The position numbers and the translations under genes are program-made. From NCBI RefSeq assembly GCF_018977255.1, contig NW_024704748.1, positions 19,964,001-20,028,000 on the forward strand: a stretch of DNA of 64,000 bases. Direction: 5' to 3'. Shown here in pieces: positions 1 to 13,789 of this stretch (the stretch's first letter is position 1; every line of letters begins with the position of its first letter). The notes beneath the pieces are model-generated. The model did not search any database and was not told where the DNA came from. It saw only the letters and a list, made by a program, of their open reading frames with translations. Source of the DNA: Callorhinchus milii (taxonomy: Eukaryota).

Positions 1-156
1 TCACTCAATCCATGACTGTTTGCACTGTTGTGGGCAATTGGCTACCGCGTTTCACCCACAAAATACACAATCAATTCACTTTACAGTATATTCTGTGAAG
101 CGCTTTGAAATGTCTCAAAGACGTGATAAGACGCTATATCAAAGGATTATTATTAT
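1..156 (+). mobile_element. SINE 3' part
   Basis: CAATTGGCTACCGCGTT...AAGCGCTTTG...GGATTATTATTAT. Confidence 0.8.
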
Positions 157-3100
157 CTAATACGTTAGGGAGTGCTGGCTACAAAGAATGTAAATACCAA
201 AATGGTCACAAAGGTGAAATTACAAAACACAATTAGTAAAATGCATTGATAACGTTGCACGCAGAAAACAAACAAAAATAAACACATAGTCTGTTTCAAT
301 ACTTTACAAAATTTACTGAGAAAAAAATATGCAAACAGTGACTTTTAATACAGGAACCCAATAATTAGAACCAAGTTTTACGTATTGAAAAGTCTATGTG
401 TAAAAATCTATTTGTTAAAGTGCAAATAGATGAAAAAACATATTTTTATAAAATGTTATTTGCAAATATAATGGCCAAAAAGGCTTCAGCTGAAAACACA
501 TGAAAAATATAAGCTTTCAGATTGAAGGTCTGAAACTAGAAATATATAAAAAATAAAATGTTAACATTTCAAATTTTATATCCAGTTGTGTACATCGATA
601 TCTTATATGCAGTGAATTATTTCAGAAACAGGCAATTTCACATACTACACTTATGGGGGCATCCAACGGGGGTCCTTTTTATCATGCAAGTTGTACAAAA
701 GAGCTTCCAAAAAAACTGCAAAGTCAATGCAAACTCTGCTGCGACATTCAAGTTTAATGGAGAACAATTTAAAATAATAAATCAGTGGACTGTCAGTTTT
801 TTTTCTAGTCCTGCTGGTTCATGACAAAGATGCAAATTGTTCCAAGCAGGTGGGACAATGGTGAGTGTATTTGTGCAGAGCTCTGCCTCCCTCCAGTACA
901 AAGTGGCTTGGAGGCCAGTGAGGACAGTCAGCTCAGTTGCTCTGCTGCAGGTATTGAAGCCAGAATGATACCTGGAGCATTTAGATTGCTCTTCTTCTGC
1001 CAAATAATTAGATTAATTTGAAATATAAGTTTACTTTTTTAAAGATTACCACAGTATAAAACTGAAGTACTGGCTGTGATTTTTTTCCTATTCCAAATGT
1101 TTGATGCCAGCCCTGTTCGTGCTAAACTTAACTCATCAACTGACAAGAGTATCGTATCACAGTGCAGCAGCTCTGTGACATGGAGCATAAATAACGTTTC
1201 ACTATGGCAAGTACCAACACCGGGGAATATTGTCTTAAATGTCAAAAAGACTAAATACACTACAGGGAGAAGTACTCAGCCACATAGGCTAGGAAGGTTA
1301 CAGTCCAATCACTGGTTTGTGTTTTGTTGGACATCAGAGCATTATATTGTTTTTTGTGTCCCTCGCCCTGAGAAGGAGAAATAAACAAGGGTTTCACATT
1401 TTACCTTTGCTGGGAAGTGCACGCACACATGGACATTAAGTTTGGCCGGTATTTGAACAGAACAGCCCATCATAAATCACACATTAAAATGGCTATGTTG
1501 GCAAGTTACCCGAAAATTGCCAAAGAACTGGACCTCAGTATGAACTAACATGCTCAGGGAAGGGAGACAAAGAGAGTAAGTGGTGAGGTGGGGGTCGTGG
1601 GCAAGAAAAGCAATGGAAGTAAAATTAGTCAATCTGTGACACAAACAGAATGAACAAAGGATTTGGGAAACTTACTAACAATAAGCTACCAATGGTTTAT
1701 TTTCTTGGTAAACAACTGAGCTCCACTGAATGTCCTCCGTTTATTGGGAAACAATGTAAATTAGAGGATTTTTTTTATTAGAAAAATAAAAATACAGATG
1801 TGTGAATAAGGTTGAATGGAACCAAACTGAACAATAAATTACTGTTGTTAATGCCTTTGGATACATGCAACACTACATATGATAATCAGTTCATTGTGCC
1901 TTCTGCTTATACCACACATTTAAAAAATATTTATGGCGTAAGTGGGAGACACAAAACTGAACAGAAAGAATGGTAGTTGTCAGAGATTGAGGAAAATAGA
2001 CACAAAGCAAAAGAAAACAAGAAAAAAAAGAAAGCGGAAAATAAATTCTGGTTGAAGAAAAAACATGGTTCAGAAATAATCCATTGCAAGTAAACCACAA
2101 CACAATATTTGGTACAGCATACATTATTCTTTGGATATCTATTCAATAGCATTATCTTTACTTAGAACAGAAACAAAAATAAACACAAAAAGTTTATACA
2201 AGTATTTGTTATCTACTTTACGCACCTCACAATGTAACCATTTTAGCCAAGTCAAAATACAATTGCTTTGGTTATCTTCTTAATATTTGATAGAAGACAC
2301 AGAGAAACCATCAGGAAAACATTATTATTAAAAACTGAGAAAAAATAACTTTTGCCTCATTTTAAAATCCTTTTACGATCCTTGCCTGGATGTATTATTG
2401 CAGTTCCATTCCATCCTGCCGGGTTATTTTTATATCTTATAAACTCATATTGCTTGGAGAACGTAATAACAATTAAACTGGTGCAAGAGTTCTAACTATA
2501 AATTTTGTTTCAGAGTATTACTTTTGCCACAAAGAAAATGGTTTCAAAAAAATGAAGAAATAAACATTACTGTAGCCAAATATTACCTATTCATAAATCT
2601 AAAAGTGCTTTGCCGTGAATGCACTTTAGATTGTTTGTCATCTTCTGATTTTATACATGGTGAAATCCTGAATTTAATATCTACATGCAAACATTATATC
2701 AGGTTGCTGCAGGGGAAGTGCTACGATAATAGTGGCATTCCCAACTTTGGTCACGTTTTTTAATACAATCAGTGTATTTATACTATTTATTGATGGACAT
2801 TTGCAATTGCAGTCCTGTGCAAATTAAATTAGTTAAATTATGATCACATTTCAATTTAAATCGACAACTATACCTTTTTTAAAAAAATTGAGAATGTTCA
2901 ATTCGATTCACTTCTATAAAACGTCAAAAGGACTAATAATAATATAGTACTAAAATAGATCTACTTTTATAATAACCTTAAGGAACAATATTTAATCACC
3001 AGCATTTATTAAATATCCATATAATATTGATATCTAAACAGAAAAGATTAAAGTGTAATTTGATTGTGTAAACAAAGCAGATTGAAAAGCATCACCGTAA

Positions 3101-3595
3101 TCAATATTTTTCAAAAGTGTCTATTTTAAAGTGCATTCCTATTTGGATATGCAGTAGGTTTAAGAACAGTTCCCTGAATTTTAAAGAGAGAGCTAGCACC
3201 CAGTGTAAAATCTCATAAGAAGCAATCTCATCACAACTGCGTTTTATCTGTATATTACAGATTGTTAAAAAGAAATTAGTTTTTGTTAAAAAATTCAAAT
3301 GTTTTCAATCAAATCACAAAGCTGAACCAAAAGAAAATCTATAATTTCTAAGTGGTTGCTTATTTGTGTTAAGGCTATGTTCAAGCACTCCGAGATGCTA
3401 CCTGCACGAAGGGCGCTATATAATTGTAAGTCGCTCTTGTTGGCCATCTATGGTCATGGCATTTTGAATTATGAATGCAGTTCTAAATGCTTAACTACCA
3501 ATTTAATTCAAACCATTGCAATTTTACACTAGCAGATTCTCTCCACAAATCTAACCCGCTGCATTGGTTGCATACCAAAACAAACCATGCAATTG

Positions 3596-4343
3596 TTACT
3601 GTTGACTTTCTTTTCTAGTATACCATTTGTGAAAAATAATTCCACAAGTTCCAACTATCACACAGAGGGCTCCTCCCAAACTTAACCAAGTAGGGGAACG
3701 ATTGAGGAAAAAGTATTGCAATATGAATGCCATAACCACTTCCATGGTCTTCATTAGTGCTGCTGGTCCAGCTTTTTCGATTTGTAAGGCTTTTGTGAAA
3801 AGTACCTGACCTACGACTCCAAAGAGACCGATTATTAAAAGAAACACTCTATCTTTTCCACAGTAAGGCAACCGCCATTCCTGAATTATTGAGACCACAA
3901 TCACACACTCAATGCAACCAATAACTGAAAAGTACCAAATAGATATAAAGCAATGGACAGATTTCCCCATCTTTCGAATTACAATCATACTTATTGCAGC
4001 ACATAATGCACTTCCAAAAGCAGCAAATGTCCCTTTGATGTGTTCTGTATAGTTAACTTCAATTCCAGGAATGTGAGAGCCAAACAGAAATGGTGGTCTT
4101 GCAATAAGAATCACCCCAATTAAGATAAAAATTGTGAAGATTGGTTGCCAAATAGTGCATCTTTCCTTCAGAAACATCCATGCAAATATTCCAACAAAGA
4201 TTGAGTTGCTAAATGCAATGACAGTGGCATCTGCCAAAGGCATATGTTGAATGGCGTAGAAGAGCAGTATCATTGCTGAAGCACCCAAAAATCCTCGGAG
4301 GTAAAGATAACATCTCTGTTCCTTTGGTCCAAAAAAGCTTATT
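3596..4343 (-). CDS. SLC35G1: SLC35G1 exon 3 (last coding exon)
   Basis: tttccag acceptor; phase-2 join to exon 2; multi-TM sequence to TAA at 3596. Confidence 0.96.
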
Positions 4344-7149
4344 CTGGAAAGCAATTTGAAAACGATTCAAACTAAAATTAAGTGAAAACAAAAGTTTGTT
4401 AACCCTTTTCACATGCCTTACTTGCTTTGACTTTTTTCTCTTAAACATATTTTATAAATGCTGCATCCATTTCCTTTATTCTTGGTTTTTTTAAAAAATA
4501 AGTGGTTTATTTAGCACTACAAATATTGTACCCTATACACTAAGTTCTTTGGATGTATTCCAATGGGATATAAATGAAAGTTCAAGAGTATGAAAGTAAG
4601 GTCACTGATTTAGTTTCCAACACAATTAAAGATTTTGTCATTTATGGTTTTCAAATTGTGCTAATTGATGACCAGGATGGTACGTACTCTAGTAAATTAG
4701 AAAAGATTTGATGCTGGTTCAAACATTTATTAGCAGTTTGATGATCCACAGGTTCTTATAAATTTGTACAAAGGGTGTACAATATCAAACATTTTAGAAA
4801 GCAGCAATATTATATTTTTAGAAAGCTACAAAAAGTGACTATTTCAAGAGAATATATTTGAACAAAAAATACATACATTGCATCAATTCATTTTTATAGC
4901 AAGTATACTATTTTCAAAACTTTTTTTGAAGTGCAAATCAATTTTTAAAAAGTAGCAAGAAGGCCTAATAATAAAGTGGATTCACAAATTGTTATCGGAC
5001 ACTGCTCAGAAAAATAGTCACTCAAATTCACAGTGCATACTGTGAAGCATTTTGAGACGTCCTCCCGACGTGAAAGGTTCTATGGTAAACGTAAGGATTA
5101 GGAGTCATCTTGTCCTTCACTATATTGATGCACATGTAGACAAAGAATACAGTAGTTGAATACATTCATCTCTTAGTGGTCACTCAAGAGTAGGAGGGTT
5201 AGATGCTATGCCTGAACATGGGTAGCGAATCAATAATGGGAGAAAGTAACTGATAAAAATGTTGAGGAACCAAAATAAAAATCATGATAATTCTTCCTCA
5301 AAAAAAGGAATCCTCAATCTATTATATTAACTCACTTCTCGTTAGTATCTCGCATCCAAACAATGTTGTTGCGTTGGTTATGTGACCTGCTATAAGGTAC
5401 TGCATTCCAACGCAATCTAAAACACTACAATTTCATTCTTAAGATTTCTAGTTTAAAAAAAGACTATAAAGTATAGAAAAACAAAAAAGTTCAACTTAAG
5501 TGACTAACTTAAAGTTGCATGCACAAACAAATTATTTTAAATGTAATCAGCTTCCTAAATAAGAAAAAGATACATAATTTATTAAAATAGAAGGGAAAAT
5601 AAAAGTTTACTTTTGGATTTATCATGAATTTCTTTAAAGATATTCATATAGCTTTCAGAAGGTTAAGCTACACAAATTCTATAATATTCATTCACTTACA
5701 ACACATGAATACTAAAACAATATGAAAAAGGATATTACATGTAGCTAAAAACCGATGACATATGATTACCCAGCATGGCATCAAGGAAGGTACATTTAGA
5801 GTCTGGATAATGGCTCTGTTAATTGCTTTGATAGATGGGGATCACCACTTCTTGTCCAGACACTAAAGTGGATTAGGATTTATGGAAGCTAAGATCTAGA
5901 AGTTTAAGGACAAGAGTAAAAACTTGATTATGGTTCATAATAAGACCCAAAGGTCAAAATAAATAAATCTGTAAAGATGGACGTGCAAGAAAAGGCCAAA
6001 CAGACAAATGGAATTGATATTTAGGGAATGGAATACAAAAGTGATATTGATTTTATATGGTTATGATGATGGTGGTGGTGGGAGGGGAGAGATTAGGTTA
6101 TTTACAAATTCCAGATAGAGTATTGCATATAGTTGAGTGGCCCATTGTAACGGCTGATTATTGTTGTGTTCTTAAATACCTCTTTTTACCCCAACTTCCA
6201 CATGTTCTTTTTTCTGTTTTTTCTTTTGCCTCAAATTCCCAAAGATGTTATCTCACCCTGTGGCATCGATTCACGAGCGCTGACAACCATTCACTGCGTA
6301 CTCTTCATGTCTGAGCCTCAATGGTAAACATCAGTGGGGACATCACACCCAAGATCCACCCGGTTCTCAAACTAATCCAAATCTATCTCCATCTTGGCCA
6401 ATGCTGAGATCAGCCAACTAAAAAATAATGCCTCAAACCTTCTTTCCTTTGACTCAGTACCCACAACGGCCAATGAATGCCTTTATCCACTTTTTATTTT
6501 TCTTTAACACTATAGTTATTAATTTGTGGTAAGTTAATAAAACAAGAAAATTAAATTTTTTCAAAAAAAATTAAGATTTCTCTTTTGTCGACCGCTTTCT
6601 TGGGATTCAATACATGCATTAATATGCCTAAACAAATAACTTCTGCTGATGTAGGCCTACATACTGCAGATCCCAGACAAAATCCAACTCTGGAGATGTT
6701 TGAAAGGAGTTCGCTAAAGCCTTCTATTTTTTGAGAAAGCATCAGCAAGCCAAAGTAACCAAACATATAATAGATTGTGTAAGAGTACCAGCAAGCATTT
6801 TGTACTTCTACTTTTAAAAAGAGGACTGATTTGGTAAATCAGGACATCTGCTCATTGTGTATAAAATGGTTTCCATATCAGGTGGAAGTCACTACAATCT
6901 GACAACATTTGCTGTGAGATGTTAACATTGCAGGCACATCAGAAATGCAAGTTCTCTCTTTCACAAAGTAGATGATTAACCGAGTCCACAGACAGAGTTC
7001 CACTGAGATTTTAAGGGCTAATTTCATATTTTGTATGTATCTTCTCCAACTACTGCAAAGTGAACATGAGCAGATCTTCAAATTTCTACCTATTGATTGC
7101 TGAATGAATGAATCTTGTTTTTAATGGAACTATGTGGGCATCACAGTGT

Positions 7150-7300
7150 GGACTCATTAAAAAAAAACTTGATGCTGTGATAGGAGGAAGGTACAGTGGA
7201 TAGAGCGGGGGAGTGAGACTGATCGGGTAGCTCGTCCAAAGAGCCAGCACAGGCACAATGGGCCGAATGGCCTCCTTCCGTGCTGTAATATTCTATAATA
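7150..7300 (+). mobile_element. CR1-type LINE 3' end
   Basis: GAGCCAGCACAGGCACAATGGGCCGAATGGCCTCCTTCCGTGCTGTAATATTCTAT resembles chondrichthyan CR1 tails (from memory). Confidence 0.65.
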
Positions 7301-8077
7301 TTATGGAAGAATAACATCGGGTGGGCCAAAGGGCCTTTTCATCCAAACTAATTTTGTGATCTTCGTATACCCATAGTTTCCACGGGTATCATTGATTGAC
7401 TTTTTCTCCCCTCACTTGTTCAGCAACAAATAGGCTAGTGTTACTGCCTCTACCTCTGTTCCAATTGAAACTAGCAGCTTAACGCAGTCCATAAATCAAA
7501 ACAGGGATATCCCAACCTGTATAGATGAATACCACGCTATGTAGTGTATTTATCCATTTCTACATGTTAAAAGGAACTATGATATATTCAAGTTAAACTC
7601 TTTTTCAGGATCTAGAAATAATGCAAAGTTATTTTTTAATTAATCAAATTTAAAAAATGTATCTTTTTTCCTTTTGTAAAATCCCAACCATATTAGAATC
7701 TAAAGTAACTTTGCAAAGAGAACATAATTTACATAAAAGTTATGATTTAGTAGAAAAATGTCAAATAACAACTATACAGAAGACAAATAGAAGTAACTTC
7801 ATTTTAGTTCAGTTATTACAGTAAAAGGCAAAGAACAATACTTTACAAAATCAAGCAACATCTTATTCAAATTATTGGAGTAAATATAAAGGCAGGTTTC
7901 TTACAATAGTCATTATATAAATAACAATGCACTTCATAAATTTCATACAAAACTACTCAACATATACAAGTTACTTTATATATGGTCTTACAGTTTAGTA
8001 ACTAAAGAACATACATTTATATGAATAACTACAACTAAATAATTATCAAAAGTCCACTGTATTTGTTTTGTACTTAC

Positions 8078-8258
8078 TCATTGTATATAATCAAAGGACA
8101 TATAATCACCCCTTGAAAAAAACATCGGAATCCACTAATTTCAATAGAATGGATTCCTTCTACTTTCTTTGCCAAAAGTGAAACAACTGAAAAGAATACA
8201 CTTGACAACAGTGCGTAGCATAGACCAAGACCCACAAAAGCAGGTTTCTTCTCTGTGG
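8078..8258 (-). CDS. SLC35G1: SLC35G1 exon 2 (181 bp)
   Basis: ttttcag acceptor, GA|gtaagt donor; TEKKPAFVGLGLCYALLSSVFFSVVSLLAKKVEGIHSIEISGFRC. Confidence 0.95.
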
Positions 8259-8307
8259 CTGAAAAAAAAGAGAAGAGGCATTTAGAAAAATACTTTAATT
8301 GTAGATA

Positions 8308-9147
8308 CAGTAGAACCTCAGTAATCTGGTCACTCAAGAGACTGGGCAAAAGTGAGGTGACCTGATTACTGAAACAGGTTGGGTGATTCAGGTCACTGAT
8401 GTAATAGTAAGAGCATTGGTAATAGGCAAGGGTGATGAGCATTCAATAACCATACTTTGCAATCTCATTAAAATAAAGGCATTTTCTCATTTAAAACAAA
8501 ATCTGTCATGTATTTAGCCTACCTGTTGAGAATGTATCCAGCTTGTGTTCTGCCAATGTCATAGATCACAGCTAACTGTCTATGACTTATGCCCTTCCTG
8601 TTTTTGATTAAGTCCACTCTCTCACATAAGTACAACTCCTTCTGTGGTGGCATGTTTACAACACTCGTCAATAGTCGCTAAATCAAAACAATGTACACAC
8701 AAACCACGTTCTCTGAATACAGCACTTTCCAAGAATTGGCAGCAGGAGCGCCAGGCAAAGTCGATTTTCCACTCGCGTCGCTTCCACGATCCCAACGCAC
8801 CCGGCGCCGCGCATGCGGGACTGGAGCCCACTCCACCCATAGTATTGCAACTTGTACCTCTACATAGTAGCAGCATCTAGGAAACAGCGGGAGAGGCCCG
8901 AGACCTAGGCCACTGCATACTGTGCAAGTTAGTAGCAGAGGGGGTTGTTTGTACTGTGTTTGAAGCGGAAGAGGGTCCTGTAGTAGCGGCAATCAATGAC
9001 TGTTGTCCTGAATAGTGAGATGCCTGGGTTACTGAAGCAGACAGACAGCCTATCTTTTAATATTGACAATGAAAGAGACTGTAAAAATGTGCCCACAATT
9101 GTGAGGTGGCTGGAATACTGACATGATCACAAACTGGGTTTCTGCTA
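8308..9147. mobile_element. Decayed Tc1/mariner (Tigger-like) non-autonomous DNA transposon
   Basis: TA-flanked CAGTAGAACCTCAGT start and imperfect inverted ACTGGGTTTCTGCTA end; GTGAGRTG..TACTGA subterminal repeats near 8371, 9015 and 9101. Confidence 0.55.
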
Positions 9148-9492
9148 TATATCATATAGTTATAGAATGTTGCAGCACAGAAACATTTGGTCCATCCAAT
9201 CCTCCCTGTTCTTTTTCTCCATCTCTTGCTCACTCCGATACCCTTTAATATTCATCCTGTTTAAGCATCTATCTAATTCCCTCTTACAATAATTCCTGTG
9301 ACCCAACCACCTGGTGTGTAAACCTCTCCTTTAATTCTTTATAATACCAATCATGTAATAATGCAAAATGTGCACACCTTAAAGGAGTGGAACAATGTGA
9401 ACAATAGTGGTCCTGATTCTTGCTACATTTCTTTGGCTAAATTTTGAAATCAGAACGAATTGTTTATCCATACCCACCGGCAAAAACAATTG

Positions 9493-9675
9493 ATAATAAT
9501 ATTAATAATCTTTGCATTTGATATAGCGCTTTATCATGTCTTTGAAACATCTCAAAGCGCTTCACAGAATATACTGTATAGTGAATTTACTGTATTTTGT
9601 GGGCGAAACACGGCAGCCAATTGCATAAAGAGCAGTGTTCCACAAACAGCCATGGATTGAGTGACCAATTTATTC
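9493..9675 (-). mobile_element. SINE 3' part
   Basis: Reverse complement of body and tail. Confidence 0.8.
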
Positions 9676-11167
9676 ATTTTCAATTTGTTTTTGTAGCATA
9701 AATTATACAGTAAGCAATGGCAAACTGATGTCATGACAAACACTCAGAACAATAGCTGGAACTGCTTAATAAATAAAGCTGATGGATACCAAACCTTAAT
9801 TAAAGTGGAATATCAACTATTTAAATATCCTCGTAAATCAAATGCTTATTTAATTAGCATTAGCTTTAGTTTCTAAGAGTTTTGCTACCAGGTTAGCAGT
9901 TGTTTGCATAATTCATTGTGTACTTTTACCTGCTGCTCAGTTTCACGTTCCAAACCATTACTTGCAACCAAGAAAAGGAATCCATTGTTATTCATACGGA
10001 TTCAAATTCGAGTCCTAGAGATGAAAGGTTGGTATTGTTCCTATGTGACATAGAGGAACTCAAAGAGCAGCACCAGCACAATGAACTGTTCTAAAAAGCA
10101 AAAGATATCCTGTAGACATGAATGTCAATTGCATCATCTCATATAACCATGGATGTGGAGGAACTGAAACTGAAAAGCAGATACTCAGACAATGCTCCTT
10201 TTTTCCCCCAAAAACAATGCGAATTCTGGTTGATCATATCAAGTTGCCTCATGCAGTAAGAGAATAAACATCTATTTTGTTTATTCATCCTCTTTAAGCA
10301 GATGAATAACATAAAAAACCTTCTCTCTTTGCTATAGTGCATGTCTGACGGTCTGATCCAGTAGATCTGAAGTGAACGTTAATGTTATGGAGTTACTGCA
10401 TTTAACCTTACATCAACATGACTGAATAGTTGCTGCCATGGAATTGGCAGCTGAAGGCAGCTCCTATACGAAAAAACAAGTTTAAGAGGCTATATCTATT
10501 ACATCTAATTAATGAATGGTAAGATGACCAGTCTCACTTGGCAAACTTCTGGTTTATGTTAGTATGAAATGAAGTTTTACCTATTCTTTCTCCACAGCCC
10601 AAAGTACCTGGTCCTTACCAGAGACCACGTGTGGACAGATGAATAACGACAACGTATTACTGTTGAGTAATATAGGACAGCAAGAGTTATCAAAAAATAT
10701 TTTTTATAGCCCTGCCAATAAAACCGTTTGAGGAGAATGTATATTGCCATCACCTTTGCTTTAACTAAAGGTTAATCTTCCCCCACCTTGGAAAAGAAAA
10801 ATGAACAGTGAGCTATGACATTGAGAATTGTTACAAGTTCAATGGGTTATTTGAAATCGATATATTGCTCAACTCCACTGTGTCACGAGTGAAATAAATT
10901 GTAGGTGTGTGCCTTGATAGAACACAAGTGGTGCCCAAAATCCTTCTAATTTAAGTTTGGTCCGGGAGTATTTTGCAGACTAGTGCACAATACTGGTTGC
11001 TGGATGGGATCCTTGGTGATGATGTGCAATTACAGTAATACGATGTTTATGACTGCAGTTTGCCAGGCCATGGATAGTAAATGACCTTAACTCAAGTTGG
11101 GTTCTGAACTGGCCAGTAATCAGTGAATGCGAGTGCATCCTGGCTTCAATTTCAATACCATACTACT

Positions 11168-11439
11168 TAATAATAATAATACTTGCATTTGATATAGCGC
11201 TTTTCACGTCGGGAGGACGTCCCAAAGCGCTTCACAGAACACACTGTAAAGTGAATTGACTGCATATTTGTGGACGAACGCGGCAGCCAATTGCGCACAG
11301 CAGTGTCCCACAAACAGTCGTGGTTTGAAAACGACCAATTTATCATTGGTTTTGGAGGGATTATTATCGGGCGTGTGGAGTAAGGAAACTTGCCCAAGGT
11401 TTGGCCCTGCCTGGAATTGAACTCGGGTCTCTCGCTTGC
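11168..11439 (-). mobile_element. SINE, same family, 5'-truncated
   Basis: Reverse complement of body and B box. Confidence 0.88.
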
Positions 11440-11752
11440 TCTTCCCCATGCAGCATACCTTCAGTTTACCCTTAGGTGACAGGCAGAAGAACTGTGACAT
11501 TCATAATAAGGTCGTGCGTATTTATTTTTTAAAAAATTATTACAGGATTCTTGGAAGGGCAGTCAAATAGAACAAAAACAGCCTGAAGTGGTGTGGGAAG
11601 AGCTTTTTTCCTCCGGAACCTATAGACTAAACTGGGATGTTTGTGTGGGGGGGAAAAAAAACAGCACATACAAGGACATCAGTTTTGAAAGCAAATTCCA
11701 CGAATTGAGAACTTTTTCCCCAGACATGGGACATGCAACTGTAAGAGAACTT

Positions 11753-12080
11753 GGGGGGGGGGGGGGGAGAGAGAGAGAGAAAGAGAAGTTGTGATTGCAT
11801 CAGACATTAGTGACTAAATGCAAAGCTCATGAGTTTCTAAGTGTTTCACAGCCACCGACCACCAGCAACAAGTAGCGAGAGGGAAACCTGAACATGGACA
11901 CCCCCCCCCCCCCCACACACACACACACACACACCTCATTGCCTTTGCAGAACACCAGGAAGGACGGCCATCAAAATATCGAATCGGTAACTTTCACACA
12001 AGTCCCAGAGTGAGGGAGTGAGAGGGAGTGAGTGAGTGAGTGAGAGGGAGGGAGTGAGTGAGAGGGAGTGAGAGAGGGAG
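11753..12080. repeat. Simple-repeat cluster: poly-G/(GA)n, poly-C/(CA)n, (GAGT/GAGG)n
   Basis: Seen directly. Confidence 0.9.
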
Positions 12081-12167
12081 ATTCTTGTACAAGTTGCCAC
12101 ACGTTTCTCTTTGCGGGGTTCGCTGACACCGATTAACTCGGGACTAAAGGAGGCCACAGGGGGCAGG

Positions 12168-12708
12168 NNNNNNNNNNNNNNNNNNNNNNNNNNNNNNNNN
12201 NNNNNNNNNNNNNNNNNNNNNNNNNNNNNNNNNNNNNNNNNNNNNNNNNNNNNNNNNNNNNNNNNNNNNNNNNNNNNNNNNNNNNNNNNNNNNNNNNNNN
12301 NNNNNNNNNNNNNNNNNNNNNNNNNNNNNNNNNNNNNNNNNNNNNNNNNNNNNNNNNNNNNNNNNNNNNNNNNNNNNNNNNNNNNNNNNNNNNNNNNNNN
12401 NNNNNNNNNNNNNNNNNNNNNNNNNNNNNNNNNNNNNNNNNNNNNNNNNNNNNNNNNNNNNNNNNNNNNNNNNNNNNNNNNNNNNNNNNNNNNNNNNNNN
12501 NNNNNNNNNNNNNNNNNNNNNNNNNNNNNNNNNNNNNNNNNNNNNNNNNNNNNNNNNNNNNNNNNNNNNNNNNNNNNNNNNNNNNNNNNNNNNNNNNNNN
12601 NNNNNNNNNNNNNNNNNNNNNNNNNNNNNNNNNNNNNNNNNNNNNNNNNNNNNNNNNNNNNNNNNNNNNNNNNNNNNNNNNNNNNNNNNNNNNNNNNNNN
12701 NNNNNNNN
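12168..12708. other. Assembly gap (541 N)
   Basis: Run of n; flanked by GC-rich and GAGT/CA simple repeats. Confidence 1.
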
Positions 12709-12928
12709 TCGAGCCACCGCCGTCACCTCCGTCTCCATCGCCGGCCGCCAACGGCGCCGAGCTGTACAGACCGCCGCCGCCGCTCGCCTCTCTCTGCTTC
12801 CCCGGTACCAGACTACCGTCCTCAGCCCCCGCCCCCGGGCCGCCGCCGTCTGTCTGAACGGCCGAGAGACGCTCAGCCCCGGCGGCCACGGTCACTGCCT
12901 CCTGCTCGGAGCCGGAAGAAGCGCTCAT
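12709..12928 (-). CDS. SLC35G1: SLC35G1 exon 1 (partial; donor probably inside N-gap)
   Basis: AACATGA start inside CpG island; low-complexity MSASSGSEQEAVTVAAGAE... frame open up to the gap. Confidence 0.7.
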
Positions 12929-13429
12929 GTTGAAGCCGACACCTTCTCATCCATCACTCTCACACCCACACACACACTGGGCACCGGGAGCCCCGACACT
13001 CACACACTCGGACTATCTCTGGAAGTAATTTAAACCCTCCCCTCCCGGTCCTGGGGCGGAGTCTCGCGACAAAATGGCCCCCATGGCGACGCCGCCCTGG
13101 AAAGGGTACCGGAAGCGGCCGCGGCCACAGACGTGGCGGGAGAGGTCCACACGTCGGTCGCCGACTGAGCAAAAAAAAATGCACGCAGCCATCAGTCAGA
13201 CTATCACTCCCATCGGGAATCACTTACCCCCCCACCCCCCCAATTGGGATTTATCTATTCTTTTCGTTTCCTCCCTCCCTCTTCACCTCTTCACCCCCCA
13301 CCCACCACCCCCACCGCGGTTCAAGGTCACGGGTGTCACTTAAAATGGGTCGGCGTCAACCTCGCGCGGTGTGCGGCGCAGGTGGGGTTTTTACCGCCTG
13401 GTAAACCTTAAGATGGCTGCAGCTCGGGC

Positions 13430-13766
13430 GGGGTCCTGGAGCTCGGGCGGTGAGAGCGCCCTCGCTCTTCTTTTTTTTTCGCAAGCGAGAGACCCCGAGT
13501 TCGATCCCGGGCCGGTCAGGGCCAAACCGTGGGCAGGTTTCCTTACTCCTAAATAAATGATACAATAATCGGATAATAATCCCTCCAAAACCAGTGGTAA
13601 ATCGGTCATTTGCAATCCACGACCGTCTGTGGGTCGCTGCCGCGCGCAGTTGGCTGCCGCGTTCGCCCACAAACACGCAGTCAGTTCACTCGACAGTATA
13701 TTCTTTGGGACGTCCTCCCGCCGTGAAAAGCGCTGCATCAAGTGCAAGGATTATTTATTATTTATT
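13430..13766 (+). mobile_element. SINE, same family, GC-shifted copy in CpG island
   Basis: Collinear with the 43650 copy, with many A/T->G/C changes. Confidence 0.85.
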
Positions 13767-13789
13767 GTGAAGACAGAAGTGCCTGCCTG

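Larger units (their letters stand above)
3596..12928 (-). other. SLC35G1: SLC35G1 (TMEM20/POST) gene span, EamA/DMT-fold transporter; coding exons 12928-(gap), 8258-8078, 4343-3596
   Basis: Translations GLGLCYALLSSVFFS, LADATVIAFS, KALQIEKAGPAALMKT resemble vertebrate SLC35G1; 3-exon layout; syntenic with LGI1. Confidence 0.95.

Noticed and set aside
780-1384. Slightly GC-richer block with short ORFs downstream of SLC35G1
   Set aside because: No recognisable protein or RNA motif; may be 3' UTR or intergenic, and cannot be called without alignment
11936-12928. 330-aa ORF and overlapping ORFs across the gap
   Set aside because: Artefacts of translating through Ns and simple repeats; only 12709-12928 is plausibly coding
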